The notes under the pieces were generated by a model, which saw only the letters and a program-made list of their open reading frames with translations, did no database searches and had not been told where the DNA came from. Made by a program: the position numbers and the translations under genes. This document shows positions 11,771-23,409 of a DNA stretch of 64,000 bases, piece after piece. The stretch comes from Mytilus trossulus. Its lineage: Eukaryota. How positions within the stretch are numbered: the first letter of the stretch is position 1; every line of letters starts with the position of its first letter. The stretch is taken from the NCBI RefSeq assembly GCF_036588685.1, contig NC_086385.1:2914001-2978000 (forward strand), given 5' to 3'.

Positions 11771-14589
11771 ATTGCGTTACGAAATCGGACACAAAAATCA
11801 CGCCACTGTTCTTACATCTGCTACATAAATACTTATAGTTCTCTGCATTTTCTTCTCACTATTCTTATTGGTCGATGTTCTTTGTTATTTGAAAGCAAAA
11901 GTTACGAATTTGCCGGTGACGATTATCTATAAATCAGTCAGCGTTATGCTCTTCGGAAGCAATAAATAACGTGAGAAACGACACAAAAATACGATTGTAG
12001 AATCTTTGAAATTCGTATATTTTAAAAAAAATTCTAGGGAAGAGTAGCATACACTTGTATGTTGATAAAAATAATGGCATCTTTAGATGTAGTTGCAACT
12101 TTTCTTACAGTAATTCACATTTTATCACTTTTCTATAGTTATAGGAAACGGAGCCCAAAAGCAAATTATGGTCCATATTTTGGATTAAATCTTCTGGTAA
12201 GTACAAATTATGAATAAGTAATTCAACCTTTTTTGAAAATTATGAAACTGTCATTTCCTTCAAATAAATTGTGACATATATATATACAAGTACCATGTAG
12301 GATCAAGAAAATAACTGTAAGACCATGCATGTTTTGCATATACATAATTACTATGGGATTGTCACAGTATGACACAAGACTTATATCTTTAAGACAATCT
12401 CTTTTAATAAATATTATTCAATAGCAAGTAGTTTTTGCAAAATTGGAGATCTGTAAATGTCTGTAGTATGACTGTAATAATTAAATATATATCATGTACA
12501 TATAGAGACATCTATTCCAAAAAAGCAAAATGTATTATCTTTTAAAACTTAAGTACATATATGTACTCAATTATCATGATTAAGGATCAAATTGAAGATT
12601 TTAAAAATGGCAAGACATACATGTAAATATGGGCCTATCATGATGATGTTAGAGTAAAATAATAGACCAATACTAATCAAAGTAAAGAATAACCTATACA
12701 CTTCATGCACATGATGCACAGAATATGTAATAATTATTTAGTTTAATTGTAATGAGACAAATTTTTTTACATTTCAGAACTGGTGAAACAAAGGAAAATT
12801 GTTTTATGATATAGGACTGAAGAATGGACACATTCAATAAGACTTGGAGTAAGTAGTTTTATATGAAAGAAATCCTTATGAATGCTTTTTAAGTATTTTT
12901 TGCACACATTTTTGTACTTTCAAAACACTTTGAAAAAAATCAAAAGTTGTAAAACCATTTGTATTTTTTTTAGATAAACATGATACATTGTATATACCTT
13001 TGAAATTAGCAAATTGAAAACGGGGGTCAAAGCCCACAGGTCTTATATTTCATTTAGAAAATCTGTCATGGTGTGTTATTTGGCTTAAATCTGTGTTAGT
13101 TTTATTTTGGATAAAAATATGTTTTATTTTATGAAAGAAAATTTAATGTTTGTATTTTGTAAAAGTTTTAATTAATCTGTTTAATTAATTTTACCTATGC
13201 TGAGGCATTAGTACTCGAAATGTCACAGTTTGCTCAAAGCACTTTATTTTGAAAGACTATGTCACTTTGAAAGTTTAGATTTTTATCAAAACATTATAGG
13301 ATTAGGCTTTGTTAATTAATGTCTATTTTTTGTTAATGAGAGTAATATTTACATGTCGAGTCATATTGATTTATATTTGGTTTTAATATAAATAGCGTTG
13401 TGAAATTTAGGAAAATCGGTCACCTTTCGGAAACCTAACCTTTCACTACTACTAAAGTCTATTAAACTGGATCTGTAAGACTGTCGATCAGTCTACTAGT
13501 TGACTTTGTAGTGTTTAGACAAAAATGTATTTTTGACTCACCTTTTATTTTTGGGAATTTTAAAGATAATAGTCAGTGTTTCCGAAGCGTAACCTCACAC
13601 TACCCAAATCATTATACTGGCCCTATAAGACTGTCTACCAGTCTACCAGTTGACTGTGTAGTGTGAGACAAAATTTATCTCTGACTCATAAATTTTAAAA
13701 TTAGAAAATACTTTTGAGAAACTTTTATTTTGAGACTTTTATATTTTGAAATTGAGATTAAGTACATTTTATGATTTAGTAATTTTGGCATTTAGTTTAT
13801 ATCTTAAGTTTTAAGGAGAAATAGTTTTACTTTGGATTTGATATTTAGATTTGATACTTTGTACTTTAATTAGATTATTATTATTATTTGGAATTGTTTA
13901 CTAATTGATTTGTTATCATCATTCGTTTAAATTGTTACAGCAATTAAATTATGAAAACCTTCCTTGCGTTTTAGCTATGCCTATCAGAACATTAAGTCAA
14001 GCAATAGACTGACCCCCTGTCCCTAGTTCCAGCACATATGAGTTAGCTCCCCCTTATCTTACAGTGCTCTTGAGTGAACCTTGCTGACAAATCCCCCAAA
14101 ATGGGTCATAGTAAATTCATTGTAATTATCTGCCCTTGATTAAAGAAGGATTTTTTTCTAAACATATAATTATTCTTTTAAACATGCTTACATCTTATTT
14201 TTCATAGTTTATATATAATCTTATAATTTCAAGTTTTAATTGTTTCTGTTGTATTATTGAATGATATGGTAAAAATAGTAAATGCAGGTCAATATGTCAA
14301 AATGAAGGAAAACCCCACCTACTTAGGCAGCTCACAATTTACCTTTATAGCATAGACCAATTTGTCAAATTCCTTTTAGTTAAACCAATAAGGCATCATA
14401 ATTTTAATTTATTTCCTCATTTTTTCAGATTATGTTACTGCTTAGTGCACAAAACACAACAGATCTATGAGGATGGTCAGCTTAATGATGATGTTACAGA
14501 GCAAATGAGTTATGCATGAAAGAAATTCAGGAACTTGTGATAATACTTTATATTTGAAGAACACTGAAAAGACTTTAAAATATGACTAA

Positions 14590-14966
14590 AAATTTCACAG
14601 GGTTGCATGAAAATCCCACTGAAATTTATTTATATCCCAGTGGAATTTATTGAAATCTCATTGGGATTCCCTTGAAATCTCAGTGGAAATTGCCAAGAAA
14701 TCCGATCAAAATTCACTGAGATTCCAGTGGAAATCGGAGAAAATCCCACTGGAATTTATTAAAATCCCAGTGGAAAATGCCAAGAAATTCCACAGGGATT
14801 TTATTGAATCCCAGTGTGAATTCAAAAATCTCACTAGGATTCCACTGGAATTCCCATTGGAATCTTCGAAAAATCCCGACAAAATTGTCCAGTGGAATTC
14901 ACTGGAATTCCCATGTGGGATTTGTATGGGATTCCAGTGGAATTCCATTTACCATTTTCAGTAGGG
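14590..14966. mobile_element. One end of a DNA transposon with dense subterminal repeats (CMC/EnSpm-like)
   Basis: Many TCCCACTGGAATT / TTCCAGTGGAA motifs in both orientations, ending in TTTTCAGTAGGG exactly where the LINE frame (GELGRY) is cut. The other end was not found. Confidence 0.55.
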
Positions 14967-15510
14967 ATATATCTGCCCAATTCTCCATATAAAATGAAAT
15001 TAGGTGTAGAATTTTTAACCTTAAGCAAAAGTTTGCAGAATTTCATATGAACCCTTTCTATAACCGAATTATTACCAAAACCCCAGACTTCACTCCCATA
15101 AATTAAAATAGGTTTAACAATCTGACAATCTTATCAAATAATTCAATTTGACATTCAATAGAAAGATTGTGCAATCTTCCTTTTTTGATAACGTCGTACA
15201 TAGCACACATTGCTTTATTTGCTTGTGCTTTTTTAGCCTTTAAAAAACTTCCTGTTCTACGGAATAAAACACCTAGATAAGTAAACTCATTAACAATTTC
15301 TAGTACAATATCTTTATAATTAAACTTAATAGTATTAGGTAGTCTACCTTTAGAGAAAATTACAATTTTACTTTTTTGTACATTCACTTTCAGTTTCCAC
15401 AATTCACAGTATTCAGATAAAGTTTTATAATCCAGTTGCTTTTGTAAGTCAACTTGCGACTCTGATAACAAAACTGTATCGTCTGCATATAATATAATAA
15501 AAAGTTTAAG
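14967..15510 (-). pseudogene. Old LINE RT fragment (YADD region onward)
   Basis: KLFIILYADDTVLLSESQ, WKLKVNVQKSKIVIF, FTYLGV, 'GSEVWG', ILYGELGRY. Confidence 0.9.
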
Positions 15511-15626
15511 ATCACAATCTTAAGTTCAGTTTCTAATTCATTATCATTTTCCATGTTCAATGGACCGTGAAATTGGGTAAAAAATCTAATTTGGCCTTAA
15601 AAGTAAAAAGATCAACCAATAGGGAA

Positions 15627-17273
15627 CTCTAAATATACTTCAGAAATTTACCCAAACGAACTTACTTTAACTAAATCTAACATAAACAGCAGCAGTTGTC
15701 CTTTTCTAGATTTAGACATTTCAATTTCAAACGGGAAACTTCACACTAAAATTTACGACAAAAGAGACGATTTTTCATTTCCTATTGTTAATTTTCCTTT
15801 TTTAGACGGCGATGTGCCTTTGGCTCCATCATACGGTGTTTATATATCGCAACTCGTTTGGTTTGCCCGGGTGTGTTCTGATGTCATAGATTTTAACGAA
15901 CTTAATCAATGCATCACTGGTAAATTGTTGTGTCAGGGATTTCGATACCATAAATTACTTAAAACTTTTACTAAATTCTTTCATAGATACAAAGATTTGA
16001 TTAGTAAATTTGGCTATACCTGTAGAAAGCTTATTAAAAATGGTATATCACATCCTAAATTTTATGGTAATATTGTACTTAAAGCGAGGAAATCACTATG
16101 TGATCCTTGTAAACTCATCGAACCTTTAAACAAACTTATAAGTAAGGGTTATATATCGTACCAATATTGTAATTAGATCTCTGAATATAGTTCACATTGG
16201 CACTAATATTGATTTTGTCATTAGCAAATTAAAACATAACTAAATTTCATTATCTTTTGAGGCGAGATGTATAGGGGACACAGCCACGTTAACTTTTATT
16301 TTTATAGAAGTCGCTCTTCACTATACTACTACCTGTCGATACATTTATTTTTGGCATTGCACAAGTCATGTCTTCTTTGACTATTAATGACATTAAAATA
16401 CTAAATCCCTGTGATGTGTTTTAGTCGATTTTAGTCTCTGATGCACGATTTTTTACTATTAATTGGTTTTGGCTTTTAACTAGCTGTCAGTCATTGTCAG
16501 TAACTGGGAGTACTCTCAAATCGTATTTTCTTGTTAATTCGACCTGTTGATACTGTTTATAATGCTTTTTTGTCATTTTTTATCTATATGGATCTTGTCT
16601 GTACACCAGCTTTGATTATTTGTAATATCTTCAATTTTTCACTTATTCTTACAACATTTGTATAAACTTCAAGATTATAAAAAAACGTTTTTTTTCTAAA
16701 GTGAACATTGATTGGTTAAATATTTCTCAGTGTGTTTGAATTTCTTTGTTAGCCTTTTGGTCATGAATGTTTGTCTCTAATATTTAATTAACTGTGCATT
16801 TGTATTCAGATATCGCAGATCAAATTTATTCCTTCATTGTGTAATCATACGTTTTTTGATTGAGTTATGTCTGCCAATTGATATTTTATCGTATGTTTTT
16901 CTATGTTGTGATGTTATGCTATTGTTTCAGAAAAAGGGAAAAGGTTTGGATCCATTAAAACGTTTAATCCCGCTGCAAATGTTTGCACCTGTCCTATAAA
17001 GTCAGGAATCTGATGTACAGTAGTTGTCGTTTGTTTATGTAATATATACGTGTTTCTCGTTTCTCGTTTTGTTTATATAGATTAGACCGTTGGTTTTCCC
17101 GTTTGAATGGTTTTACACTAGTAATTTTGGGGCCCTTTATAGCTTGTTGTTCGGTGTGAGCCAAGGCTCCGTGTTGAAGGCCGTACTTTAACCTATAATG
17201 GTTTAATTTTTAAATTTTTATTTGGATGGAGAGTTGTCTCTTTGGCACTCACACCACATCTTCCTATATCTAT
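15627..17273 (+). mobile_element. 5'-truncated copy of the Naiad-type Penelope-like element (RT C-terminus, 3' UTR, terminal repeat)
   Basis: Near-identical to ~52157-53786; small indels including a frameshift near 16150; same 3' end TCCTATATCTAT; no TSD. Confidence 0.95.
16364..16450 (+). promoter_or_regulatory. SECIS element, copy 2
   Basis: GACTA-TTA-ATGA-CATTAAAATAC-TAAA-TCCCTGTGAT-GTGTTTTAGTC-GA-TTT-TAGTC: helix I, UGA/GA core, 10-bp helix II, apical AAA. Confidence 0.8.
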
Positions 17274-17821
17274 GTGTACTAAGTTTCAAGTTGATTGGAC
17301 TTTAACTTCTTTAAAAACTACCTTGACCAAAAAGTTTAATCTGAAACTCACACTTTTAATTTCTATGTTCAGTGGACCATGAAAATGGGGTCAAAAGTCT
17401 AATTTTGTTTTAAAATAAGAAAGATCATATCATAAGGAACATGTGTACTAAGTTTCAAATTGATTGGACTTCAGCTTCATTAAAAACTACCTTGACCAAA
17501 AACTTTAACCTGAAGTGGGACGAACGGACGGACAGACGAATGGACGGACGAACCGACGAACAGATGGACGAATGGAAGGACGCACAGACCAGAAAACATA
17601 ATGCCCCTCTACTATTGTAGGCGGGGCATAAAAAGTATAGGAGATAAATTTTCCCCTTGCCTAACACCAACATTACATGGGAAAAATTCTGAAAATTCAT
17701 TACTATAACAAATTCTAGATTTTATGTTACTGTACATATTTGTAATAGTATTAAACATTTTACCATTCACAGAGTATTTAAGTAATTTTGACCAAAGTCC
17801 TGCATGCCAAACAGTATCAAA

Positions 17822-18245
17822 GGCCTTTGCAAAATCAATAAAGGCACAATAAAGTTTTTTTCTTTTTCTGTTTTATCAGTTCAAATAATAGATGAAGTAC
17901 AAAAATGCTATCGGTAGTAGAATATTTTTTCCTAAATCCAAACTGGTTTTCTTTAAGCATTTGCAATAAGAAATATTCTAAAAATGAGCTTACTCTAAGA
18001 TTGAGTACTGAAGTAAAAAGTTTACCCAAGCAGCTTAAAATAGTGATGGGTCTATAACTTTGTGGATCACACTGATCATGCTGATCTCCTTTATTCTTAT
18101 AAAAAGGTATTTATATTTCCAATAAGCCAAGATTCTGGTACATTTCCCGAACTAAATATAACATTAAAAAGTTTGACATAAACAGGCATAAAAATATTAC
18201 AAGTAGACTTTATATATTTATTTATAATTCAATCATCACCACATG
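17822..18245 (-). pseudogene. Old LINE RT fragment (N-terminal RT motifs)
   Basis: (KNGKA)CGDD, KLFNVIFSSGNVPESW, YRPITILSCLGKLFTSVLN, ENQFGFRKKYSTTDSIF, FIDFAKAF. Same strand as, and upstream of, 14967-15510. Confidence 0.9.
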
Positions 18246-19565
18246 CAGTGTTCTCCCCAGGCCGTTTTAGAGTCGCGGTACCGCGACGCTATATTTTTTC
18301 ACCGTGATGCTATAATAATTCCCGCGACGCTATAATTATTTTGAAGATGCTATTTTACTTGTCCTCAATTTTGAACTTTCATCTATTATCGATTATGATC
18401 ATAAAAATTATATCACCTTTAATTGTAATCCCTTTAAGTCGACACTAAAGGCAATTAAGAGATTAAATAGCTAGGTGTTAATTGCCCTCAGGGTGATAAC
18501 TGTTTGGATGCGAATATCCCAAACTGACATTTGTGACATGACTAATACCACGTGTCTGCAATTGCCAATTTCGACATGCAATCACAAAACAATTCGAAAT
18601 CTACGTTTTGTATTACGAAATTTCAAAGATTGAAACGATTTTTTTTTTTTTTTAAAAGGTCGTTTATTTGTGCAACTCTCCAAAAATTACTTTCTTGCTC
18701 TTCCGGTAAATACGAGAGTGAGAATTTTGGTTTAGAGCTAAAATAATTAAGTTTAATACTTCTTTAAAAAGTTATCATAATTGGCTTTAGTTTATGTTTA
18801 ATCCATTTAATGCATTAAAAGCGTCTTATTCATTCACAATCTCTTGTCAAACAATGTTTATTCTCGGACTCATTTTCGTAAATTTTTCTACGGCCGCCAT
18901 TGCACATTTTTGTGTAAACTACGGATCGGAACCGGAACAGTATGACAAAAATCCGCATTTTCACGATAATGACAACAGATGGACAGTAGACAGAAAAAAT
19001 ATACCAAGAGAGAAAACTATGCATTAACAGACTATTTGTTAGATAACTTTGTTAAAAATACATATCATTTTGATGTAAAGATAAGAAACAACTGGGACTA
19101 ATTCATTGAGTGCCATGAAACAATGAATTTCATAAACATGATAAAAAAAAGTTTTTAAATTGATTTTTTGTTTGCTACTTTATCTTTACTTGATATAATA
19201 TAAAAAATAGTTAATTTTGTGTACTATATATTTAGTTTTGTATATATGCAGGTTGATCTATAATGAACCATTCATTCATTTGACTTATTGTTGGGTAACT
19301 GAAACCACATATTTATTTTTATTTGGCACAAGAGGAAACAAATAATTCTGTAACTATAAATGAATAAAGAATTTAACATAAACTGAAACAACTGTTTTTG
19401 TGGTTATAGTTTAATTGTATTCTCAGTTATGAATTGAACAATATAAACTAAAACATATAAAGGAAATAGAGCATCAACGCGACGCGACAAACGACATTAA
19501 AAAAAATACAGTTATTTTTTTTACGCTAAATGTGATGCTATCTAAAATTTCTGGGGAGAACACTG
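18246..19565. mobile_element. Non-autonomous hAT-like element with 6-bp TSD
   Basis: Perfect 15-bp TIR CAGTGTTCTCCCCAG / CTGGGGAGAACACTG; TSD CACATG at 18240-18245 and 19566-19571. Confidence 0.9.
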
Positions 19566-19981
19566 CACATGCTTTTCCATTTTTTATTTTTTTTTATACA
19601 TGTAAAAATTTGTACCTCAGTAATACTACTGTTATATGATGTAATACAATTTATATTTATTTTTAAGTTATAATCAAATATAATTAATAGTTCCAAATAT
19701 TTTTTCTTTCATTTGTCACAAACTATATAGATTTGTAACTTATCTTTAAAATGTCAACAGCTTTTATCTATACACAATGTAATGTTATCTTTCACTTCAT
19801 AATTTTTATTTATGTATATAGCATTCAGAAAATAGTTTATACAAAATAAAAAACACTTCAATTAACCAAAGAATGTCTTTAAAAATGAGTTATCTGTCTT
19901 TGTACACAGAAATATGGTATAACATACAAAATGTAGTACTCAGCTAACATTAGATATGGGCCACGATAACTCTGGACTTAA

Positions 19982-20598
19982 GGGCATACGATACAGTTAC
20001 AGGGGAGGTAATGACGTTGCTAACGTAAAATGTTATTTTCGCGACGTCAAACTGTGACTTATTGGGAAAAGATGCATTTTTCGACTGATCATTCAAACTG
20101 ATTTAATTTGAAAACGAGTTCATGAACCCCTATTTTTCAAAACAGCAATTTGTTTCATTTTGCAGGGAGATTATGTGACCCAAATTTTTTAAAACTGTAA
20201 ATAGAGGATTTTTTTTTTAATTTTGATAAACATGCAACAAAAAATGACGTATTTTCCTCAATTCATGAACATTTGATAAATATGAGTTATATCTGAAAAA
20301 AAAAATGAATATTTTTTTAAGATACTTATAAAATACAGAAATTACCGATTATTTAACAAAAAAACAATTTGTGTTTATCTTTTATAACAAAAAAGTTATG
20401 TCTTTCTTTCGAAAAAGAAATTACGGCCACAAATCTGAATTTTGAGCAAATATACAAAATTTCGACCTCATTTTACTCAAAAAGTAGCACATGAAGGTAT
20501 ATTTTTTATTACATATTTGATTTAATCAGGTAAAAAATAGCCTATATGCAAATTTTCACGAACTTGTAAATACAGGATCAAAACTGTATCGTATGCCC
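19982..20598. mobile_element. Non-autonomous Kolobok-like element
   Basis: 17-bp TIR GGGCATACGATACAGTT / AACTGTATCGTATGCCC flanked by TTAA on both sides; purine-purine termini. Confidence 0.8.
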
Positions 20599-20602
20599 TT
20601 AA

Positions 20603-20812
20603 TCATCAGACCTGAACAAATTTGAACTTGATCTTTAACTTGTCATGATAAAACTATATACCAAATATCAAATCAATATCTTCTAGAACGAAGCAAAAAG
20701 TGTGGAAAGCTGATTTGCTGGACTGACGGATGGACAGACGGACGGACGGACAGACAGACAGACGGAGTGCAAACCTAAAGTCCCCTTCGACTTCGTTGAT
20801 AGGGGACTAATT
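20603..20812 (-). mobile_element. HINE-like element end
   Basis: (GGAC/AGAC)n microsatellite followed by hairpin AGTCCCCT...AGGGGACT. Confidence 0.65.
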
Positions 20813-21164
20813 AATATTTCCAAGGGGCATAACTGTTTTAAAAATAAATTATCTGAACTGATTTCTGCACTTGTCCAAGACATTGCTGATATATAAACCT
20901 TTTATATAAGCCTCATATAAGTTGCATAAAAATCTGGCAAGAATTGTACAAATGAGAGCGCTAACAAGACCAAACGGAAGGACGGACAGACAGACGCTCT
21001 ATCATTATATGTCCCCCACAACGTGTTTGAGGAGGGGGGGGGGGGGGGGGACAAATGCAGAAATTCTATCAATAAATTTCTGTCTCTACGAGAGCTTCTC
21101 TATGCGAAGCTCTACTAATAGTCAACTTTATTATTTACAGAATTTTATTGATAGAATTTCCGAT

Positions 21165-21367
21165 TCCTGTGGTCCTATTTTCCTCAATTTTCGGCTCTCC
21201 CTTGACACCATTTGCGAGTATGGTCTTAAGGAAACGATGATAGTCCGTCGGAAGGGGACGATAAATGGCCGACCCGTGCTAAGAGAGAGTCATATCTCTT
21301 GCACGTTAAAGACACCCTTGTAGATTTTGAAAAAGAGTAAGCTTATGCCGCTACAAGGCAGCACTCG
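21165..21367 (+). mobile_element. SINE central-domain fragment (Nin/Deu-like)
   Basis: GTCGGAAGGGGACGATAAATGGCCGACCCGTG...TGCACGTTAAAGACACCCTTG resembles the conserved Nin/Deu SINE core; no intact tRNA head. Confidence 0.55.
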
Positions 21368-21676
21368 TGTGACAGAATATAAGTTCCCTCATAATATTTG
21401 TTCCAAAGAACTTTTAGCATATAACAAAAGTTCCATATTGGGAACTTTACTTGTATAATATTTTATCCAATGCTATAAGAAAATTTCCTTCACAAAGGAT
21501 AAAATATTACATAAGGAAAGTTCCCAATGGAACTTTTGTTATATGCTAAAAGTTCTTAGAATTAATATTATGGACAATGTTTTATATATTCATGATATTA
21601 TAATGAAAGTTCCAGGAACATTTGTTATATTATAAAAGTTCTAGGAACTTATTAAAATGATATTATGGTGGTGTAG

Positions 21677-21819
21677 CACAGGCACTTGTTTCTATCCATT
21701 GGAAGAACCACTATCAACGAATATTTACTCGTAAATATATGTTGATAGTGGTTCTTCCAATGGACGAGTAAATATACGTTGATAGTTGTTCTTCCAATGG
21801 ATAGAAACAAGTGCCTGTG
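21677..21819. mobile_element. Foldback MITE with 8-bp TSD
   Basis: Arms CACAGGCACTTGTTTCTATCCATTGGAAGAA... / ...TTCTTCCAATGGATAGAAACAAGTGCCTGTG; TSD TGGTGTAG at 21669-21676 and 21820-21827. Confidence 0.85.
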
Positions 21820-22669
21820 TGGTGTAGGTCACTTTTTGAATATTTAAAGATTTTAACATTTGATATGATACGTCGAGACACAGGGGAAAACAGATTGTAA
21901 ATAATCTCTTTCTTACCTTGCCTCTTTTATAGTTCACATAATAAATGTTTTCTACAGAGCAAAGAAATTATCAGGAAGTTTGAAGAGGAATTTTACCAGG
22001 AAGAAATTTACCTGGCTTCCCGCGGTACTAAGGGGAAATAACTTAAAACAAGTGCGAGTTTTTTCCGCGCCATAATTTAAACGGGAGGTAAACTTTAAAT
22101 AATACGCTTTGGTCAGCAAATTGTCATAAAACAACACAAGGATTGTCCGCCAATTGTCAAAAATATCAACAGGACCTTAAGATCTACGGTTTCCCAACTG
22201 TGGACGGGAATGCATTGCTGGCTGATTTTTTATTTTACACCAGGAATCTGAGACTACTATAACACTGAGTTATAGCAGAGACATGTATACACAGAGATTG
22301 GCAACTGTAACAGTGGTCAACGAAATCTAATCCACGTAACGCATCTCACGAGACTTTAACGAGATCGCCATATTGATTTTATCACGACAAGTACACCACC
22401 ACGCTTCGATTTTTATTTCACATCAAGCATTTCAAAACAGCATAATGTAAGTATAAATTTCAATTTCTAGTATGAATTACCTTGTTTTATTCAGTTTGCA
22501 GTAGTTATTATTTAAAATATTGAGACGATTAACGTTTTATTGCAGTATTTAATAATGGTAGAAACTGGGCCGAGATGCACGTTATGGAAATTTTTAGCAC
22601 GGTCGTAATTTTTATCAAAACATTTTCATTTGAAAAGGAATAAAACAAATTGCGTGATGAATTACTTTC

Positions 22670-23215
22670 CCCAGACATATTGAATTTGCATGTAGAGATT
22701 GTTTTTATCATATTTTCACCCACTTTGATGCAATTTACAATTAAAAATCAGTATTATAGCTGACGGCCATGTTTATTTTCTTTAATATCAAGACAGACCC
22801 CTGTCCATGACTACTGTTTAAAACTTTTCCATCTTCAGAGAATAATTGTTCCCAGCACATTATTTTTTTTCCTTTGACATACTGAATTTGCATATGCAGG
22901 TTTTTTTTATCATATTTTCACCCACTTTGATGTAATTTACAATTAAAAATCAGTATTATAGCTGACGGCCATGTTTATTTTCTTTAATATCAAGACAGAC
23001 CCCTGTCCATGACTACTGTTTAAAACTTTTCCATCTTCAGAGAATAATTGTTCCCAGCACATTATTTTTTTTTCCTATGACATACTGAATTTGCATAAAG
23101 AGGTTGTTTTTATCATATTTTCACCCACTTTGATGCAATTTACAATTAAAAATCATTATTATAGCTGACGGCCATGGTGTTTTGTTTCAATATCAAGACA
23201 GACCCCTGTCCGTAT
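22670..23215. repeat. ~202-bp tandem repeat inside the P-like element
   Basis: TGAATTTGCAT recurs at 22681, 22883 and 23086; the array continues, degraded, after the MITE at 23410-23540. Confidence 0.9.
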
Positions 23216-23225
23216 ACACTTGATA

Positions 23226-23409
23226 CTGTAAATTCAGAAATTATTGCGTGCATTTATTATTGATTTTCTCATTTTAAACTGAAATGCGATTTTAACAACT
23301 TCTGTTAAGAATCCTGTTAAATTCATTCAAAATTTTTCAAAAAGTGAGTTTTAAACTTTTCGCATTTTTCGCAATAATAAAAACCTTGCATTAATTTCTG
23401 AATTTACAG
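23226..23409. mobile_element. Tc1/mariner-type MITE
   Basis: TIR CTGTAAATTCAGAAATTA / TAATTTCTGAATTTACAG with TA on both sides. Confidence 0.85.

Larger units (their letters stand above)
15545..17634 (-). mobile_element. HINE-like element interrupted by the truncated Penelope-like copy
   Basis: The core repeat ...GGAAC|ATGTGTACTAAGTTTC is split at 15627/17272. (GGAC/GAAC)n microsatellite at 17518-17590 and terminal hairpin ATGCCCC...GGGGCAT. Confidence 0.8.

Noticed and set aside
12316-14063. Solo LTR (TGTAAGA...TCTTACA)
   Set aside because: No matching TSD, primer-binding site or polypurine tract.
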